DNA from: a virus
Lineage: Duplodnaviria; Caudoviricetes
Direction: 5' to 3' (one strand)
Virus record (IMG/VR): IMGVR_UViG_2974792740_000001
Span: 11,944 to 75,943 of that record
DNA: 64,000 bases
Within the stretch, counting starts at the first letter, position 1, and each line of letters starts with the position of its first letter. Positions 1 to 11,666 of this stretch are shown one piece after another. The notes below the pieces were generated by a model, which searched no databases, was not told where the DNA came from, and saw nothing but the letters and a program-made list of their open reading frames with translations. The translations under genes and the position numbers were made by a program.

Positions 1-1
1 T

Positions 2-199
2 GCGCGTGGCGGCATAGTTACGGATCCGGATTCGGGTCGTATTTTCAATATCTCTTCGGTCTCCGAGGTTGTCGGCCCCGAATTGACTCAAATGACGGTT
101 CCTGATGAGCGCGCTGTTTCGGCGACGTTCGTTGTGACTACGCGTAAAGAAGCTGGGCTTCCTGATTATGCGCGTATCCGCAGGCAACTGCAAGCATGA
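2..199 (+). CDS. Tail terminator protein, C-terminal part (5' truncated by the window edge)
   Basis: Open frame ARGGIVTDPDSGRIF...PDYARIRRQLQA* ends at TGA 197-199, immediately before the major tail gene. Confidence 0.6.
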   Translation, partial: ARGGIVTDPDSGRIFNISSVSEVVGPELTQMTVPDERAVSATFVVTTRKEAGLPDYARIRRQLQA

Positions 200-214
200 T
201 GAAAGGGCCTAGTT

Positions 215-874
215 ATGGCTGATGGCATTTTCTCGTTCAAGGAAAAGAACGACGACCTTGTTGTGATGGCGCGCGATGCCGCTGTTATCGCAACCCCTTA
301 TGGTGCGGGCACTATCCCCACCAAGTTGACCGGCGCTGGTGGCGATCTGGTTGCTTTGCCGACGAACTGGCTGAGCTTCGGTGAGCTGGATCAGCAGGCC
401 GGTATCACGATCACTCCGGATCAGAGCACCGCTGATGTTCGCGGCTATGGCTCGATGGGTCCGCGTCGTGTCGTGAAGACTGAAGAGTCGGTGACCCTTG
501 GGTTCTCGCCTCAGGAGTCGCGCAATCTCGCCGTGTCGGCCTTCTGGGGCTTGGACATGGATGACCTGGTTGCCGACTCGAATGGTGAGTGGCAGGCCAA
601 GAAGTCTTACGCTTCGAGCCTTCAGTACTGGTCGCTGATCCTGCTCTCGGCTGACGAGAACAAGTTCGGTGAGGTGTTCAATTACTGGATCTTCCCGAAG
701 GTTTCGGTCACTCAGACTGACGCTATTTCGTTGGCGACCGATTCGGCTGTTGTGTACCCGCTGACCTTCACCGCGTTTGAGGATGCCGAGTATGGCGGAT
801 TCATGGCGATGGGTGCGGGTGGTGCGGGCCAGGCTGCGGTTAACGCTGCGGCTGGTTTTGCTGCGGGTTCTTGA
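215..874 (+). CDS. Major tail protein
   Basis: 219 aa; motifs GELDQQAGITITPDQSTADVRGYGS and YPLTFTAFED; position upstream of chaperones and tape measure. Confidence 0.9.
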   Translation: MADGIFSFKEKNDDLVVMARDAAVIATPYGAGTIPTKLTGAGGDLVALPTNWLSFGELDQQAGITITPDQSTADVRGYGSMGPRRVVKTEESVTLGFSPQESRNLAVSAFWGLDMDDLVADSNGEWQAKKSYASSLQYWSLILLSADENKFGEVFNYWIFPKVSVTQTDAISLATDSAVVYPLTFTAFEDAEYGGFMAMGAGGAGQAAVNAAAGFAAGS

Positions 875-881
875 TGACCAC

Positions 882-918
882 GGTGCCGGGGGACTTTTTG
901 TTCCCCGGCACCTCCGTT
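882..918 (+). terminator. 11-bp hairpin after the major tail gene
   Basis: GGTGCCGGGGA 882-892 pairs with TCCCCGGCACC 902-912; short T-run follows. Confidence 0.6.
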
Positions 919-943
919 TTCCCGGCTTGATGGAGGTTAGTTG

Positions 944-2623
944 ATGGCTCGTTACTCTCCCAATGCTTGGGTTGACGGGCGGCAGGGTGGAACCCCGATC
1001 ACTGCCGCGAAACTGAACCGACTTGAGCAGGCCGTTGAAGCGGCTGCCCCGACAGTTGATTCAAGGGTTCCAGCGGCCAACCTACCTTCGCTGTTCCGGA
1101 CCACCGATTCACAGCCCTTTGCGGCTGACTCGATCTGGAACACGCCCATTGGCGACGGTTGTTCCTACGAGGCGGCGGGTGCGGCTGCGACAGCAAGCTT
1201 CCTCGCTGGCACCCCTGCTATCAATGATGGATTGAATGGCTACGGGTTCACGCTCAACATCGCGCGGCCCACTGATCCTCTGGTTACGGCCACCTACACT
1301 CCAAGTGGAGGTTCGCCGATCACGTTTACCTTCCGATGTCCCTATGACCCTGTTATTTCGACAGGCACAGACTTGTCGATGCGGGTCATTGACGCCGGTC
1401 GGGCGATTGACCTGTGGAAGACGGTCAAGGTCAACGATTACACGTATACGGCGGATTTCATTACCAGCACAGACCTGTTGGGCACTGGGCGGAATGCGGG
1501 CACCCGGGCTGCACGGTGGCCTACGGCCGGCGGCTTGATTCGCCAGCATGAGATTGCGAAGTGCTACATCCCGCACGCCATTGCGGTGTCGATTCCGGGC
1601 ACATCGTTGAAGCGTGGGTTCGTTTGGCCCGCTTCGGCAGAGGATGCATCGGGCGTGACGTATTCGGGCGAGGTTCCGATGGGCAGCTTCTTTGCGATCC
1701 CACCGTCTGTGGACATCGGCTCGCTGGGCTTGTCCTCGGAAGGTTTCGCGTTGGCGAAGTGCCTTCAGGACTATGGGGCCTACGTGGGCGACCAGTCTGG
1801 CTCTGTTGCTATCTCCGCCGAGGGCGATGCTGCGGTGAACATGCGCCCTGCGTTGGAACGTATGCGAACTGACTGGACTGCAACGCTGTTCCCATTGTTG
1901 CGTCGGGTGACGAACGTTGGCACGACGGCTGGCGGGCCGGGCAATCGTAGGGTTCCCGCTGCTGGCCCTGTCGCGATCCGGGCTGACTATCAGGAAACGA
2001 TCATCGATACGCTCACGGCGCGGATGCGGGCTATGACACCTGCACTGTTGACTTCTGAGTCGTATGCCGTTGATTCTGACCCGATTGTTGCCACGGATGC
2101 AGGACTGGGGGGCAAGCCATTCAACTGGACTGGCTGGCCTTCCCAGTACCGGAACTCTGGTGGTGCGACGCGGCGTATTGCCGCACCTGACGGCCAGACG
2201 CGAATCCTGTTGGTGAACCCCGGCCGCAATATGCGCATCGGGTTCACGGTAAAGGCCATGCACGCTAGTGGTTTTGCGTATGCGGTGGTGGCGGCGAGTG
2301 ATTCGCAGAACCACTTCCGCCTAGCGGTCACTTCTGGCGGGTCGTGCCACATCCAGCGCATCGTTGGCGGTGTCAACACCTCAATCAGTCCTGCGCTTCC
2401 GAACGGCACTATCGGTGTTGGGAAGTATGTGGAGCTGATGGTCTACGGGCCGAATGTGTACGTGTTTGTTGACGGCGAGTTAGTCGCTGACGCCACGGAC
2501 ACTTCTGCCCTGTTTGGTAATCAGTGCGGCATCTACTTCCCGTCTGACACAAACATTGCATGGAAAGTTGACCGCTTTCACCCCGTGCCTCGCCTGTTCC
2601 GCAAGCCTCGCACTGAAGTCTGA
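944..2623 (+). CDS. Putative virion fibre/accessory structural protein with a C-terminal beta-sandwich (lectin-like) domain
   Basis: N-terminus YSPNAWVDGRQGGTPITAAKLNRLE resembles phage fibre anchors; C-terminus ELMVYGPNVYVFVDGELV...GNQCGIY is lectin-like; GGAGG RBS. Confidence 0.55.
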   Translation: MARYSPNAWVDGRQGGTPITAAKLNRLEQAVEAAAPTVDSRVPAANLPSLFRTTDSQPFAADSIWNTPIGDGCSYEAAGAAATASFLAGTPAINDGLNGYGFTLNIARPTDPLVTATYTPSGGSPITFTFRCPYDPVISTGTDLSMRVIDAGRAIDLWKTVKVNDYTYTADFITSTDLLGTGRNAGTRAARWPTAGGLIRQHEIAKCYIPHAIAVSIPGTSLKRGFVWPASAEDASGVTYSGEVPMGSFFAIPPSVDIGSLGLSSEGFALAKCLQDYGAYVGDQSGSVAISAEGDAAVNMRPALERMRTDWTATLFPLLRRVTNVGTTAGGPGNRRVPAAGPVAIRADYQETIIDTLTARMRAMTPALLTSESYAVDSDPIVATDAGLGGKPFNWTGWPSQYRNSGGATRRIAAPDGQTRILLVNPGRNMRIGFTVKAMHASGFAYAVVAASDSQNHFRLAVTSGGSCHIQRIVGGVNTSISPALPNGTIGVGKYVELMVYGPNVYVFVDGELVADATDTSALFGNQCGIYFPSDTNIAWKVDRFHPVPRLFRKPRTEV

Positions 2624-2638
2624 CAAGTAATTCACTAG

Positions 2639-2691
2639 CGACCACCCGGAATGCCCTTCATTGCCTTTCGGGTGGTCGTTTCACATATAGG
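2639..2691 (+). terminator. Intrinsic terminator-like hairpin
   Basis: CGACCACCCG 2639-2648 pairs with CGGGTGGTCG 2679-2688, followed by TTT. Confidence 0.6.
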
Positions 2692-2704
2692 AGCTTTCCC
2701 TCTC

Positions 2705-3004
2705 ATGGCTACCGCAAAGAAGCCGACCGGGATCTTTTACGACCTCAAAGCTGAGGCGCAGATTCCCGACGACATCATTGTCACCCCGACCATTGCGCTC
2801 ACGTTCCCAACGAAGAAGCAGATGGATGAATATCGCGATGCCGAGACCGCTGATGACGCACATTCCGCGTTGTTTGGTCCCGACACCTACGCGAAGCTCA
2901 AGGAACTGTTTGCCGATGAACGACCCCAGGTGTGGGCGGGATTCGTCAAGTACGTCAACGAGCACTGGTTCGGCAAGGGGGCCGATGAAGTAGAGGGAAA
3001 ATAG
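2705..3004 (+). CDS. Tail assembly chaperone (short form)
   Basis: AGGAG RBS, ATG 2705; ends VEGK* on slippery G GGA AAA. Confidence 0.85.
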   Translation: MATAKKPTGIFYDLKAEAQIPDDIIVTPTIALTFPTKKQMDEYRDAETADDAHSALFGPDTYAKLKELFADERPQVWAGFVKYVNEHWFGKGADEVEGK

Positions 3005-3492
3005 CGGGCCTTCTTACCATGATCGACAAGCATTGGGGCGAGCTGGAATGGGACTTTCAAACCATTCTCAACTTGCGCGCAATGGATTGGATCGAAGGTA
3101 AGAAGGATTGGCGTGAGTTTTACCGCCTGAAGTCCCGCCTCGGTTTGGGAACCGAGTATTTCTCCGCAGTCGTCAATGATCCTGAAATCGCCCAAGCTAT
3201 GGCTGAAGAGCTTGAGGCTTCGCCGGAACGTCGGAAGACGGATGGCACTCCCCCAGCCGCCGGCTGGTTCCCGTGGAAAGACGACCTGGCAGACATCAAG
3301 GATCACTTGATTGCTCTGCGGGCTGTCACTGCGGGCTCTAAGTCGCACGAGGTGCAGTTTACGAAGCGCCCCGTGTTTGAGGTTGAACGTATTCGACGGC
3401 AGAAGGCTGTCACGCGGCTCCGTAAGGCTACTTCGAAGCTGTTGCCGCATCAGAACATCAACGTATTCGAATTTGAACAGAAGGATAAGTAA
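2705..3492 (+). CDS. Tail assembly chaperone, -1 frameshift-extended form
   Basis: GGGAAAA at 2995-3001; the -1 frame reads IAGLLT into the 3019-3492 ORF with no stop. Confidence 0.8.
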
Positions 3493-3497
3493 CTCTA

Positions 3498-3854
3498 ATG
3501 GCTACCAAGAACACCGCACCTGTGTCCCTGCTCGACAAGCTCCGTGACGACAAGCCGGAACTGTTCGGGGGCGTGCAGTTCACGCCTGAGATTTTCATCC
3601 CTTACCCGACCAAGGCGACCTGCGAGAAGATCGCTGCCGCTGAGAACGAAACTGAGGTTGCCGAACTGATTCTCGGTAACCAGATTGACGCTATTGATGC
3701 GGTGCTCGCTGAGCTTCCGCTGGCCGCTGCGGTGAATGCGCTTGCGGCTTTGATCGTGGCTGTGAAGGCAGGAATCCCGGATGTTGAGCAGGCTTTCACC
3801 GATCAGGGACTTTCCAAGGCTGATTTCGACGCCATGTTTGCCGACAAGGAATGA
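3498..3854 (+). CDS. Second tail-assembly-chaperone-like protein
   Basis: FTPEIFIPYPTKATCEKIAAAEN aligns by eye with VTPTIALTFPTKKQMDEYRDAET of 2705-3004. Confidence 0.55.
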   Translation: MATKNTAPVSLLDKLRDDKPELFGGVQFTPEIFIPYPTKATCEKIAAAENETEVAELILGNQIDAIDAVLAELPLAAAVNALAALIVAVKAGIPDVEQAFTDQGLSKADFDAMFADKE

Positions 3855-3877
3855 CGTAGAGGATGGGGTGATCCCTA

Positions 3878-6800
3878 ATGGCTGCTGCTAGCGCCCGTAA
3901 GGTTATTGGCGATGCGATTCTGAAGATCGCCCCATCTTTGAATGGCTTCAAGAAAAAGGCCGAGGAAGAGCTGAAGAAGATTCAGCTCACCAAGGATGTC
4001 ACGTTGCTGGTGGACACCAAGGTGTTCAAGGCGCGTGTCGAGCAGGCTTTGAAAGAGGTCCAGAAGGAACTCACCATTGATTTGGGGGTTCGGACTTCTA
4101 CGGCTACGTCGCGGATTCGTGAGTGGCGTGAGCGTCAAGAGGCTAACGACATCCAGATTGGTGTCGACGCGGATACCGCCAAGGGTAAGGCTGAGATCAC
4201 TCAGCTCCGCGAAAAAGAAGAGCATGATGACATCCAGATCGATGTGGATGCGGATACTCGCAAGGCCCGTAATGAGATCGATGATCTGAAGTACCAGTTC
4301 CGTGTGGTTCAGGGCTTCACGGGTATGACGATCTTCAATCTGTCGAATATCACGATGGCCGCTACTGGCATTGCTGGCATTGTCGGCTTGCTGGGTGGTG
4401 TGGTTGCTGGTGCTGCGGCGGCTGCTACGGCGCTGGGCGCTATGGGTGGCGCTGTCGCTATTGGTTCGTCGGGCATCTTCAATGCGTTCACTGAGTTGAA
4501 TGCGGAGAAGAAGACTGCGGCTACGCGGGATCCGTCGAAGGATGCGAAGAAGGCCACTGATGCGTTGCGTGAGCAGCGGGAGGCCACGCAGCGTGTTGCG
4601 GATGCGCAGCAGGCGTTGCGGAATTCGTCTGACGATCTGGCGTCGGATCAGCAGAAGTTGCGTGATGCGACTCGTGATGCGACTCGTGAGATTCGTGACC
4701 AGCGTTTGGAGTTGGAGGAGACGGGCCAGTCTCAGGAGCGGGCAGCTATCAACGTTGCTCGTGCCCGTGAGCGTCTGTCTCAGGTTCGCTACGACTATTC
4801 GGTGGGCAAGGCGTCCCGGCTGGATGTGCAGGATGCTGCGCTGTCGGTCAAGGAGTCTGAGACCCGTTTGAGGCGGGCTCAGAACCAGACTGATGATGTT
4901 CGTGCGAACGCTAATCAGGTGTACGCGAATGGTGTTGAGCGCAATCCGAAGGTTGTGTCTGCTCGCAGGGATGTGGAGCGCGGCCAGCAGACTGTCAAGC
5001 GCAATGAGCGTGAGCTGTCTGATGCGGTCACTGACGCACGGAATGTTCAGGCGAATGCTGGCGCGGTAGCGGATAAGACTTCTCGTTTCGATGAGGCGAT
5101 GAAGAAGCTGTCTCCGAATGCGCAGCAGTTTGTTCGGGATGTGCGGTCGTTGGGTGGCGCGTGGCGCGAGCTGCGTATGTCGGTTCAGGACACGTTGTTT
5201 GATGGCCTGGGCGAGAAGATCAAGCTTGTGGCGCAGGGCCAGTTGCCTGCATTGCGTTCCGGTATGGAGCGTGTTGCCGGTACGGCCAATGGTGCGCTGA
5301 AGAGTTCTCTGGATGTGCTCAACAGTACGTTCACTGAGTTCTCCAATAACGGTACGGCGTTGAAGTTCTGGCAGTCTGTCCAGGATCAGTTCCGCAACTT
5401 TGCGCCTGTCATCGATGCGGTTGCACGGACTTTGACGACGTTGAGTATCCAGGCCGGTAACGGTGTGGGTACGTTCTTCGGCGATCTGGGCGTGTTCCTG
5501 AATGATGGCGCGCAGATGTGGGGCGAGTTCGGCGGCCAGGCGATGGTCACGCTGGGCAACCTGCTGCACCTGTTCAATCGTTTCTCTGAGACGTTGATGC
5601 CGACTTTCCAGGCGGCGTTGCCTGCTATCGAGCAGGTGTTCGCTTCCCTGAATCAGGTGTTGGGTGACAACCAGGGCCGTCTCGCGGAGTTCATGACCGC
5701 TATCGGTGGTGCGCTGTCGCAGTTGATTATTGCTGCTGCGCCGCTTTTGGTGGCTGTGATTGAGCCGCTGACGATGCTGTTGAATGCGATCTCGGCTCTG
5801 CCTACGTGGCTGATTGCTGGGGCGTTCGCGTTCATTGTGATCTCGCGTTCGATCCTTCAGGCTGTGATCGGTATCGGCAACTTGATCGGTCGTATTGTTG
5901 CCGCCGGCCAGGGTTTCCGGAACTTGCGGAATGCGAGTATCCACTTCTCGCAGGGTATGCGTAATGACGCAAACTTGGCGGGTACTGGTGCGAGCACTGC
6001 GATGTACAAGTTTGGTCAGCAGTACCAGCGCGTGATGGTGGGTGTCCAGGAGACTTCTACGCGTTCGTGGGGAATCTTCCGTCGCACTGCCGAGAACGCC
6101 GCTATGGGGGCGTCTAGGGCTGTCGGTAACGTCCGGACGGGTGTTGCCCAGCTCATCACTACGACTGACCGCGCTACGGCGGCTCAGGGCCGTTTGGGGC
6201 GTGCTATGGAGGCTGCGGGACGTATGTCTCCGTGGGCTCGTATTCTGTCGATCCTGACGCTTGTGGCGACCATTGCGGGCACCGTGATGATGTTGTTCGG
6301 CATGGGTGATGCGTCGGCGCAGACGTCGATGGATGGCACCACTGAGGGCATGGATGAAATGTCGTCGGGTATTGGTGGCGCGACCGATAAGATGATGATC
6401 TTCCTTTCGGTTATCACGCTGCTGCCGATGGCGTTGGGTTCGGCTACGGCGCGCACGAAGCTCGCTACGGCTGCAACGAATTTGTGGACTGCTGCGACTG
6501 GCCGTCTGGCTATGGCGATGAACTTCTTGAAGGGGTTGCCTGCCCGCCTGGCTGCGGTTGCGATCGGCACGAAGTTGGTTGCTGGCGCTACTCGGGCTTG
6601 GGCTGTTGTGCAGGCTGCGCTCAATGTTGTGATGTCCATGAACCCGATCGGGTTGGTGGTCATTGCGATTGCGGCGTTGGTTGCTGGCGTCATTTGGGCG
6701 TGGAACAAGTTTGAGGGCTTCCGCAACGCGGTGAAGTTCCTGTGGGATCTGTTCCTGAACACGAACCCGATTGCGTTGCTCGTCAAGGGCATCCTGTGGG

Positions 6801-9800
6801 TGGTCGAGAACTTCGACAAGGTGGTCAATGTTTTCGGCAGTCTCGGCAAAGCCTGGGATAAGGTGTGGGGCTGGATCAAAAAGGGCGCAGAGGCTATGGG
6901 CTCTCTGTTCTCGCGCATCGCAAGTGGTATCGAGCGGGCGTTCTCGGGTATCGCGAATGTCCTGAAAACTCCGATCCACCTTGTGGGCAAGCTGTTGTCG
7001 TGGATGGGCAACCTGAAGATTCTGGGTAAGAATCTGCCGGGATCCGAAAATCTGCGCAATGTGGGTGAGCGACTTCAGAAGTTGCGTGTCGGTGGTTCTG
7101 TTCCTGCGGGTGTTGACGCTGAGGGCTGGTTGTATGGCCCTGGTGGTTCGCGCGAGGATCAGGTGTTGGGTATCGACCCGCGCACGGGCCAGCCGACTGC
7201 GTTTGTGTCGCCGGAAGAGTTTGTGGTCAATGCTCGTTCGGCTGCGAAGTATGCGCCGCTGGTGGAGGCCATCAACCGGGATGATCCGCGCCTGTCGGGG
7301 TTGGCTCGCCTGGATACGGGTGGCCGTCCGGATGGTCAGGGCATGTCGCGTGAGCAGTTTGACACTGCCTGGCATCGGTACTTTGAGCGGTACGGCTCGA
7401 AGACCGTGTATGACAATGCGGTTGGTGGAACGTACTACTCGAATGCTGAGGAGCGTCGAGCACCTTCGCCTGGTGACATCCAGGTCAACGGTAGCGGCAA
7501 TGTTGGTGAGTGGCGCGAGAACTACCTGTACCACAACAAGGACATTGCGCGGCTGTACAGGTCGGGCCAGATGCCTCCTTCGTTCGCTGAGCGTGACCAC
7601 ACGTTGGCGTGGAAGGCGTATCTGAATTCGACTGCACGGTACGGCTATCGCCCGCATGACCGTCGTGTCATTGAGAAGCTGGAACAGTACAAGAACGTTG
7701 TCCCGTATGCGCCTGGCTACACCGATGGTCAGCGCGATGCGTGGCTCGACAAGTACTCCGGTATCAAGGCTATGCGTGACGCTGGGCAGATGCCGCCGAG
7801 TGTGGCTGACATCCAGAAGCAGGTTGCCCGCGAGGATTTGTTCAACGCGGAGTGGGAGCGGTATCTCAAGACTCGCATGTTGGATGCGGACAATGAGACC
7901 AACCGGAACGTCTTCTGGACGAACAACCCGCAACTGAAGCAGCGTTGGAACGAGGGCGGTCTGCCTCCGGATCGCGACCAGAATTGGCGTCTTGACCCGA
8001 CGTGGAAGCCGGAAGTTGAAGAGCTTCCTGGTGGCGAGTCGGGCGGCGAGTTCCAGTTGCCTGAGGGTGGAAGCCCGAGTGGTGGCGGAGATTTCGGTGG
8101 CGGCAACTATGGTGGCGGTTCCGGCGAGTGGGGTGCGGATGGCTCTGACGGGTCGAATCCAGCCAACCAGAAGTCGGAGTTGCAGAAGGCTGCGGATGCT
8201 GCGGTAGCCGCCGGCCAGGCCAAGGGTATCGATGTTGCTGTTGCGATTTCGGATCCGAAGACTGGTGAGAGCTACACCGTTAACGCGGATAAGTCGATGC
8301 CGTCTGCGTCGGAGATCAAGCTGGCTGTGGCTTTGGCTGCGGCTAAGAAGGTTGATGCTGGCGAGTTGACGATGGAGCAGATTCAGGGCGACTTGAATCC
8401 GATGATCTCCAACTCGGACAACGAGGCTACGAACCGTCTGATCGACAAGGTTGGCGGTTTCGAGGCGGTCAACTCGGCTATGGCGGGCATGGGTGTTTCG
8501 TCGAATGATGTTCGGCTTGGGCGGAAGCTCGGTGTCGAGTTCGGTGGCGAGGATCCGAACCGGATGACTGTCAGGGGCGCTAACGCGTTGCTGGGCATCA
8601 TCTATCAGTCCGCTAATGGTTCGGGCAAGGTGTCGCAGAAGTCGGCGAAGTCGATTGTGGATGCGATGAAGGCTCAGACGGTTGACACCAAGTTTGGTGC
8701 GGTGTTGCCGAACGACCAGATCGCGCACAAGACGGGTGAGCTTGGTGGCTCGTCGCACGACATGGGTTACATCTTCGATGGCGACAAGTGGCTCGCTGTG
8801 AGCATCATGACCAACAAGTCGGGTGGTGCGGATCAGGCTGCGAACAACGAGATCATTCAGCAGTTCGCGAAGGATGTGTACCAGAACCGTCAGGGTCAGA
8901 TTGGTCAGCCTCAGGGCCAGCCGTCGGGCATGGGTGGTTCGGGTTCGGACCTGAACATTGCTGGGGCAACTGAGTTTGCTCGATCGATGGATGGTGTGCC
9001 GTATCTGATGGGTGGTTTCTCTCGGGATTCCATCGACTGCTCGGGCATGGTGTCGGCTGTTGTCAACGTGGCGAAGAACCTTGATCCGTTTGATTCTCGG
9101 ATGTCGACTGTCACTGAGGGTGACTGGTTGAAGAAGAAGGGCGCTCTGGACGGGCAAGGCTCGCAGGGTGATCTTCGGATTGGCTGGTGGGATCAGGGCG
9201 GTGGCGCTAACGGCCATACTGCGGGCACGTTCCCGGATGGTACGAACTTCGAATCTACGGGTCCGAAGGTGCGTATCGGTGGGCCGGTTGGCTTCAACGA
9301 CAAGCAGTTCACCGATCACATGTACTTCCCTGGTGGGGGCGCTACTGGCTTGAATTCGACTGGCACCCCTGGCGTTGGTCCGGATGGTCAGTACACCGAA
9401 CCTGGCGGCGAAGGCGATCCGTACAACACGGGTGGTCCGGAAGAGTCGGATACCTACACGCCTGAAGAGTGGGCGAAGGTTCCGTGGCAGGACAAGTTGT
9501 TCCCGAAGACGGGCCAGAAGAAGGCTCCGGATGGGGAAAGCGACAAGCTGTCCATTCCGGGTTACGCGGGTCGCGCGGGTGAGATTCTGGCGCAAGGCGC
9601 GTTGGACTTCTTCGGTTTGGGTAGCTCGATTCTGTCTGACGACAACGAGTGGAACCGTGCGATCAATGACACCTACACGTGGTGGGGCGATCAGGAACGC
9701 AAGAAGAACCTGAAGAAGAACAAGAAGGACGCTCCCCCGGCTGGTACGGGTGCCCGCAACGATCCCATGACGAAGCAGTTGCTTCCCGGATCGAACCCTG

Positions 9801-10711
9801 GCACAACGCCTCCCGGTCAGCAGACACCTGCTCCTGCGCCGGCTGATCCGTCCAAGACGGGTCCGTTCAAGGATCGTGTTATGCACGCCCTGAAGGACTT
9901 CGGCTGGAATGTCGGGCCTGAGTGGACAGCTACCGAGAAGATCAAGGGCAAGGAATCTGGTCCGGACTGGAACAATGTCCGCGCTCAGAACCCGAACTCG
10001 ACGGCTTACGGTCTGTTCCAGTTCTTGGATCAGACGTGGGGCACTGTCGGCATGTCGAAGACGGATGATCCGTTCCTTCAGGGTGTTGCGTTTGGTAAGT
10101 ACATTCGCGGCACTGAGAAGTACGGCACTCCGTCGAAGGCTTTGGCTCATCATGAGGCTCAGGGCTGGTATGCCGATGGTGGTTGGGTTGCTGGTCCTGG
10201 TGGTCCTCGTGATGACCGCATTCGTGCGATGTTGTCGAACAAGGAATTCGTGGTGAATGCCAAGTCGGCTGACGCTGCGGGTGGCTTGTTGGATGTCATC
10301 AATGATTCGCCTGAGGCTGCGGGAAACCTGGCTTCGATGGTCGCTGCGGGCGCTTCGGCGATTCCCGGCATTGGTCCTGCTATTGCTGCTGCTGCTCCCG
10401 CTATCGGCGGTGCGGTCAAGCATGGTGTGGGCGGACTCAAGGTTGGTGCTGAGACGCTTCACAAGAATGGAACTGAGTTCCTTTCGAAGTTGGAGATGTC
10501 TCGGTTGCAGACCATTGAGACTCTTGGCGGTGCTGCTACGAAGGCACCTTTGAATACGAAGGCTCCGGCGTCTTCCGGGGCAGCCCATGTCGACAACCGT
10601 TCGTCGTATGGGGATATTTACGCGCTGTCTGCGCGTGAGTTCGAGAAGGTTATCGAGAAGAACGCTGCACATAAGGCGTTCTCGCATATTGGTTTGAAGA
10701 CCACGCGCTAA
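3878..10711 (+). CDS. Tape measure protein with C-terminal peptidoglycan-active domains
   Basis: 2277 aa, Ala-rich helical N-terminal half; SxxK/SDN/KTG, DCSG..GH and lytic-transglycosylase-like motifs in the C-terminal third. Confidence 0.95.
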   Translation: MAAASARKVIGDAILKIAPSLNGFKKKAEEELKKIQLTKDVTLLVDTKVFKARVEQALKEVQKELTIDLGVRTSTATSRIREWRERQEANDIQIGVDADTAKGKAEITQLREKEEHDDIQIDVDADTRKARNEIDDLKYQFRVVQGFTGMTIFNLSNITMAATGIAGIVGLLGGVVAGAAAAATALGAMGGAVAIGSSGIFNAFTELNAEKKTAATRDPSKDAKKATDALREQREATQRVADAQQALRNSSDDLASDQQKLRDATRDATREIRDQRLELEETGQSQERAAINVARARERLSQVRYDYSVGKASRLDVQDAALSVKESETRLRRAQNQTDDVRANANQVYANGVERNPKVVSARRDVERGQQTVKRNERELSDAVTDARNVQANAGAVADKTSRFDEAMKKLSPNAQQFVRDVRSLGGAWRELRMSVQDTLFDGLGEKIKLVAQGQLPALRSGMERVAGTANGALKSSLDVLNSTFTEFSNNGTALKFWQSVQDQFRNFAPVIDAVARTLTTLSIQAGNGVGTFFGDLGVFLNDGAQMWGEFGGQAMVTLGNLLHLFNRFSETLMPTFQAALPAIEQVFASLNQVLGDNQGRLAEFMTAIGGALSQLIIAAAPLLVAVIEPLTMLLNAISALPTWLIAGAFAFIVISRSILQAVIGIGNLIGRIVAAGQGFRNLRNASIHFSQGMRNDANLAGTGASTAMYKFGQQYQRVMVGVQETSTRSWGIFRRTAENAAMGASRAVGNVRTGVAQLITTTDRATAAQGRLGRAMEAAGRMSPWARILSILTLVATIAGTVMMLFGMGDASAQTSMDGTTEGMDEMSSGIGGATDKMMIFLSVITLLPMALGSATARTKLATAATNLWTAATGRLAMAMNFLKGLPARLAAVAIGTKLVAGATRAWAVVQAALNVVMSMNPIGLVVIAIAALVAGVIWAWNKFEGFRNAVKFLWDLFLNTNPIALLVKGILWVVENFDKVVNVFGSLGKAWDKVWGWIKKGAEAMGSLFSRIASGIERAFSGIANVLKTPIHLVGKLLSWMGNLKILGKNLPGSENLRNVGERLQKLRVGGSVPAGVDAEGWLYGPGGSREDQVLGIDPRTGQPTAFVSPEEFVVNARSAAKYAPLVEAINRDDPRLSGLARLDTGGRPDGQGMSREQFDTAWHRYFERYGSKTVYDNAVGGTYYSNAEERRAPSPGDIQVNGSGNVGEWRENYLYHNKDIARLYRSGQMPPSFAERDHTLAWKAYLNSTARYGYRPHDRRVIEKLEQYKNVVPYAPGYTDGQRDAWLDKYSGIKAMRDAGQMPPSVADIQKQVAREDLFNAEWERYLKTRMLDADNETNRNVFWTNNPQLKQRWNEGGLPPDRDQNWRLDPTWKPEVEELPGGESGGEFQLPEGGSPSGGGDFGGGNYGGGSGEWGADGSDGSNPANQKSELQKAADAAVAAGQAKGIDVAVAISDPKTGESYTVNADKSMPSASEIKLAVALAAAKKVDAGELTMEQIQGDLNPMISNSDNEATNRLIDKVGGFEAVNSAMAGMGVSSNDVRLGRKLGVEFGGEDPNRMTVRGANALLGIIYQSANGSGKVSQKSAKSIVDAMKAQTVDTKFGAVLPNDQIAHKTGELGGSSHDMGYIFDGDKWLAVSIMTNKSGGADQAANNEIIQQFAKDVYQNRQGQIGQPQGQPSGMGGSGSDLNIAGATEFARSMDGVPYLMGGFSRDSIDCSGMVSAVVNVAKNLDPFDSRMSTVTEGDWLKKKGALDGQGSQGDLRIGWWDQGGGANGHTAGTFPDGTNFESTGPKVRIGGPVGFNDKQFTDHMYFPGGGATGLNSTGTPGVGPDGQYTEPGGEGDPYNTGGPEESDTYTPEEWAKVPWQDKLFPKTGQKKAPDGESDKLSIPGYAGRAGEILAQGALDFFGLGSSILSDDNEWNRAINDTYTWWGDQERKKNLKKNKKDAPPAGTGARNDPMTKQLLPGSNPGTTPPGQQTPAPAPADPSKTGPFKDRVMHALKDFGWNVGPEWTATEKIKGKESGPDWNNVRAQNPNSTAYGLFQFLDQTWGTVGMSKTDDPFLQGVAFGKYIRGTEKYGTPSKALAHHEAQGWYADGGWVAGPGGPRDDRIRAMLSNKEFVVNAKSADAAGGLLDVINDSPEAAGNLASMVAAGASAIPGIGPAIAAAAPAIGGAVKHGVGGLKVGAETLHKNGTEFLSKLEMSRLQTIETLGGAATKAPLNTKAPASSGAAHVDNRSSYGDIYALSAREFEKVIEKNAAHKAFSHIGLKTTR

Positions 10712-10754
10712 GTCTCGGTTCCTCCAATTTGTCGATTGTTTGGGGAGTAGAAGT

Positions 10755-11666
10755 ATGCCTGAATCCGATCTGTCTATCGAGTGGCGCGGACCCGATGGTT
10801 CCGTTTGGAACGTGTCTGGTCGAGACGCAGAACGGCAGGGCGTGCTTCTGCTCCCCAAGCCGACAAAGCTGTATGACGCACCTACCGTCACCTATTGGGC
10901 GGAATCTGCGTGGAAGCATGTATATCAGGGTTTCCGGCTGGAACGCCGCGAGCCTGTGATCGGTTTCCAAATCTGGGGTGGCTTTGGTGGTTCTGCCCGC
11001 GACTGGCGAGAAGTTGATTCTGAGTTCTCGATGGCGTGGGAGTTTGAGCGCGAAGGCCAGCTCGTGTTCATCACGAATGATGGTGAACGTTCTCTTGGGT
11101 TGCGCAAGCTGTCTGATCCCGTCTGCTATGAGGGCGAGATTGAGAATGGCCGTGACCCGCATCTGCTGGCCGACGCCACTGTGGTGATCAATGCGGCTGG
11201 CGAGAACCCGTTGTGGGTGGGCGAGACTGTCACTGAGCAGTTTGTGTGCCCGACCACTTCTGGGTCCACGACTTTCACTGTTGCGAATGACGGCAACACG
11301 GATATGTGGTTGCGGTGGACTGGCTCTGCTAGCGCCGCTAACGCCCGCTACACGCTCCCGGACTACTCGTTCGGGAATGACGAGTATGGGCGCGCACAGG
11401 CCGACTCAGCGCGAACCTGGACCCTTCCGCCGTTGATGAACGGCGAGCACTTCGATGTGAACGCCGATCCTGACGAGGAACTGTTCTTGTCGTCGATGGG
11501 CACCAATCCGTGGGCACGTGCATCCGGTAACGGTTTGATGTATCCGATTCCGCCCCACACACCTCCCACCTCACTGACTGTGTCGTGGACTGGTGTGGCC
11601 GTGGGCGACTCAATTGGCTTGCAGTACACGCGGATGTACACCAAGCCGTGGGGGGTTTCTCGATGA
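10755..11666 (+). CDS. Minor tail protein (distal tail-like)
   Basis: First gene after tape measure; SIEWRGPDGSVWNVSG and RMYTKPWG are typical actinophage motifs. Confidence 0.8.
   Translation: MPESDLSIEWRGPDGSVWNVSGRDAERQGVLLLPKPTKLYDAPTVTYWAESAWKHVYQGFRLERREPVIGFQIWGGFGGSARDWREVDSEFSMAWEFEREGQLVFITNDGERSLGLRKLSDPVCYEGEIENGRDPHLLADATVVINAAGENPLWVGETVTEQFVCPTTSGSTTFTVANDGNTDMWLRWTGSASAANARYTLPDYSFGNDEYGRAQADSARTWTLPPLMNGEHFDVNADPDEELFLSSMGTNPWARASGNGLMYPIPPHTPPTSLTVSWTGVAVGDSIGLQYTRMYTKPWGVSR

Noticed and set aside
3875-10891. 2338-aa minus-strand ORF and other long antisense ORFs (1109-2314, 13864-15471, 45805-47301)
   Set aside because: Antisense shadows of real high-GC genes; Arg/Leu/His-rich with no motifs
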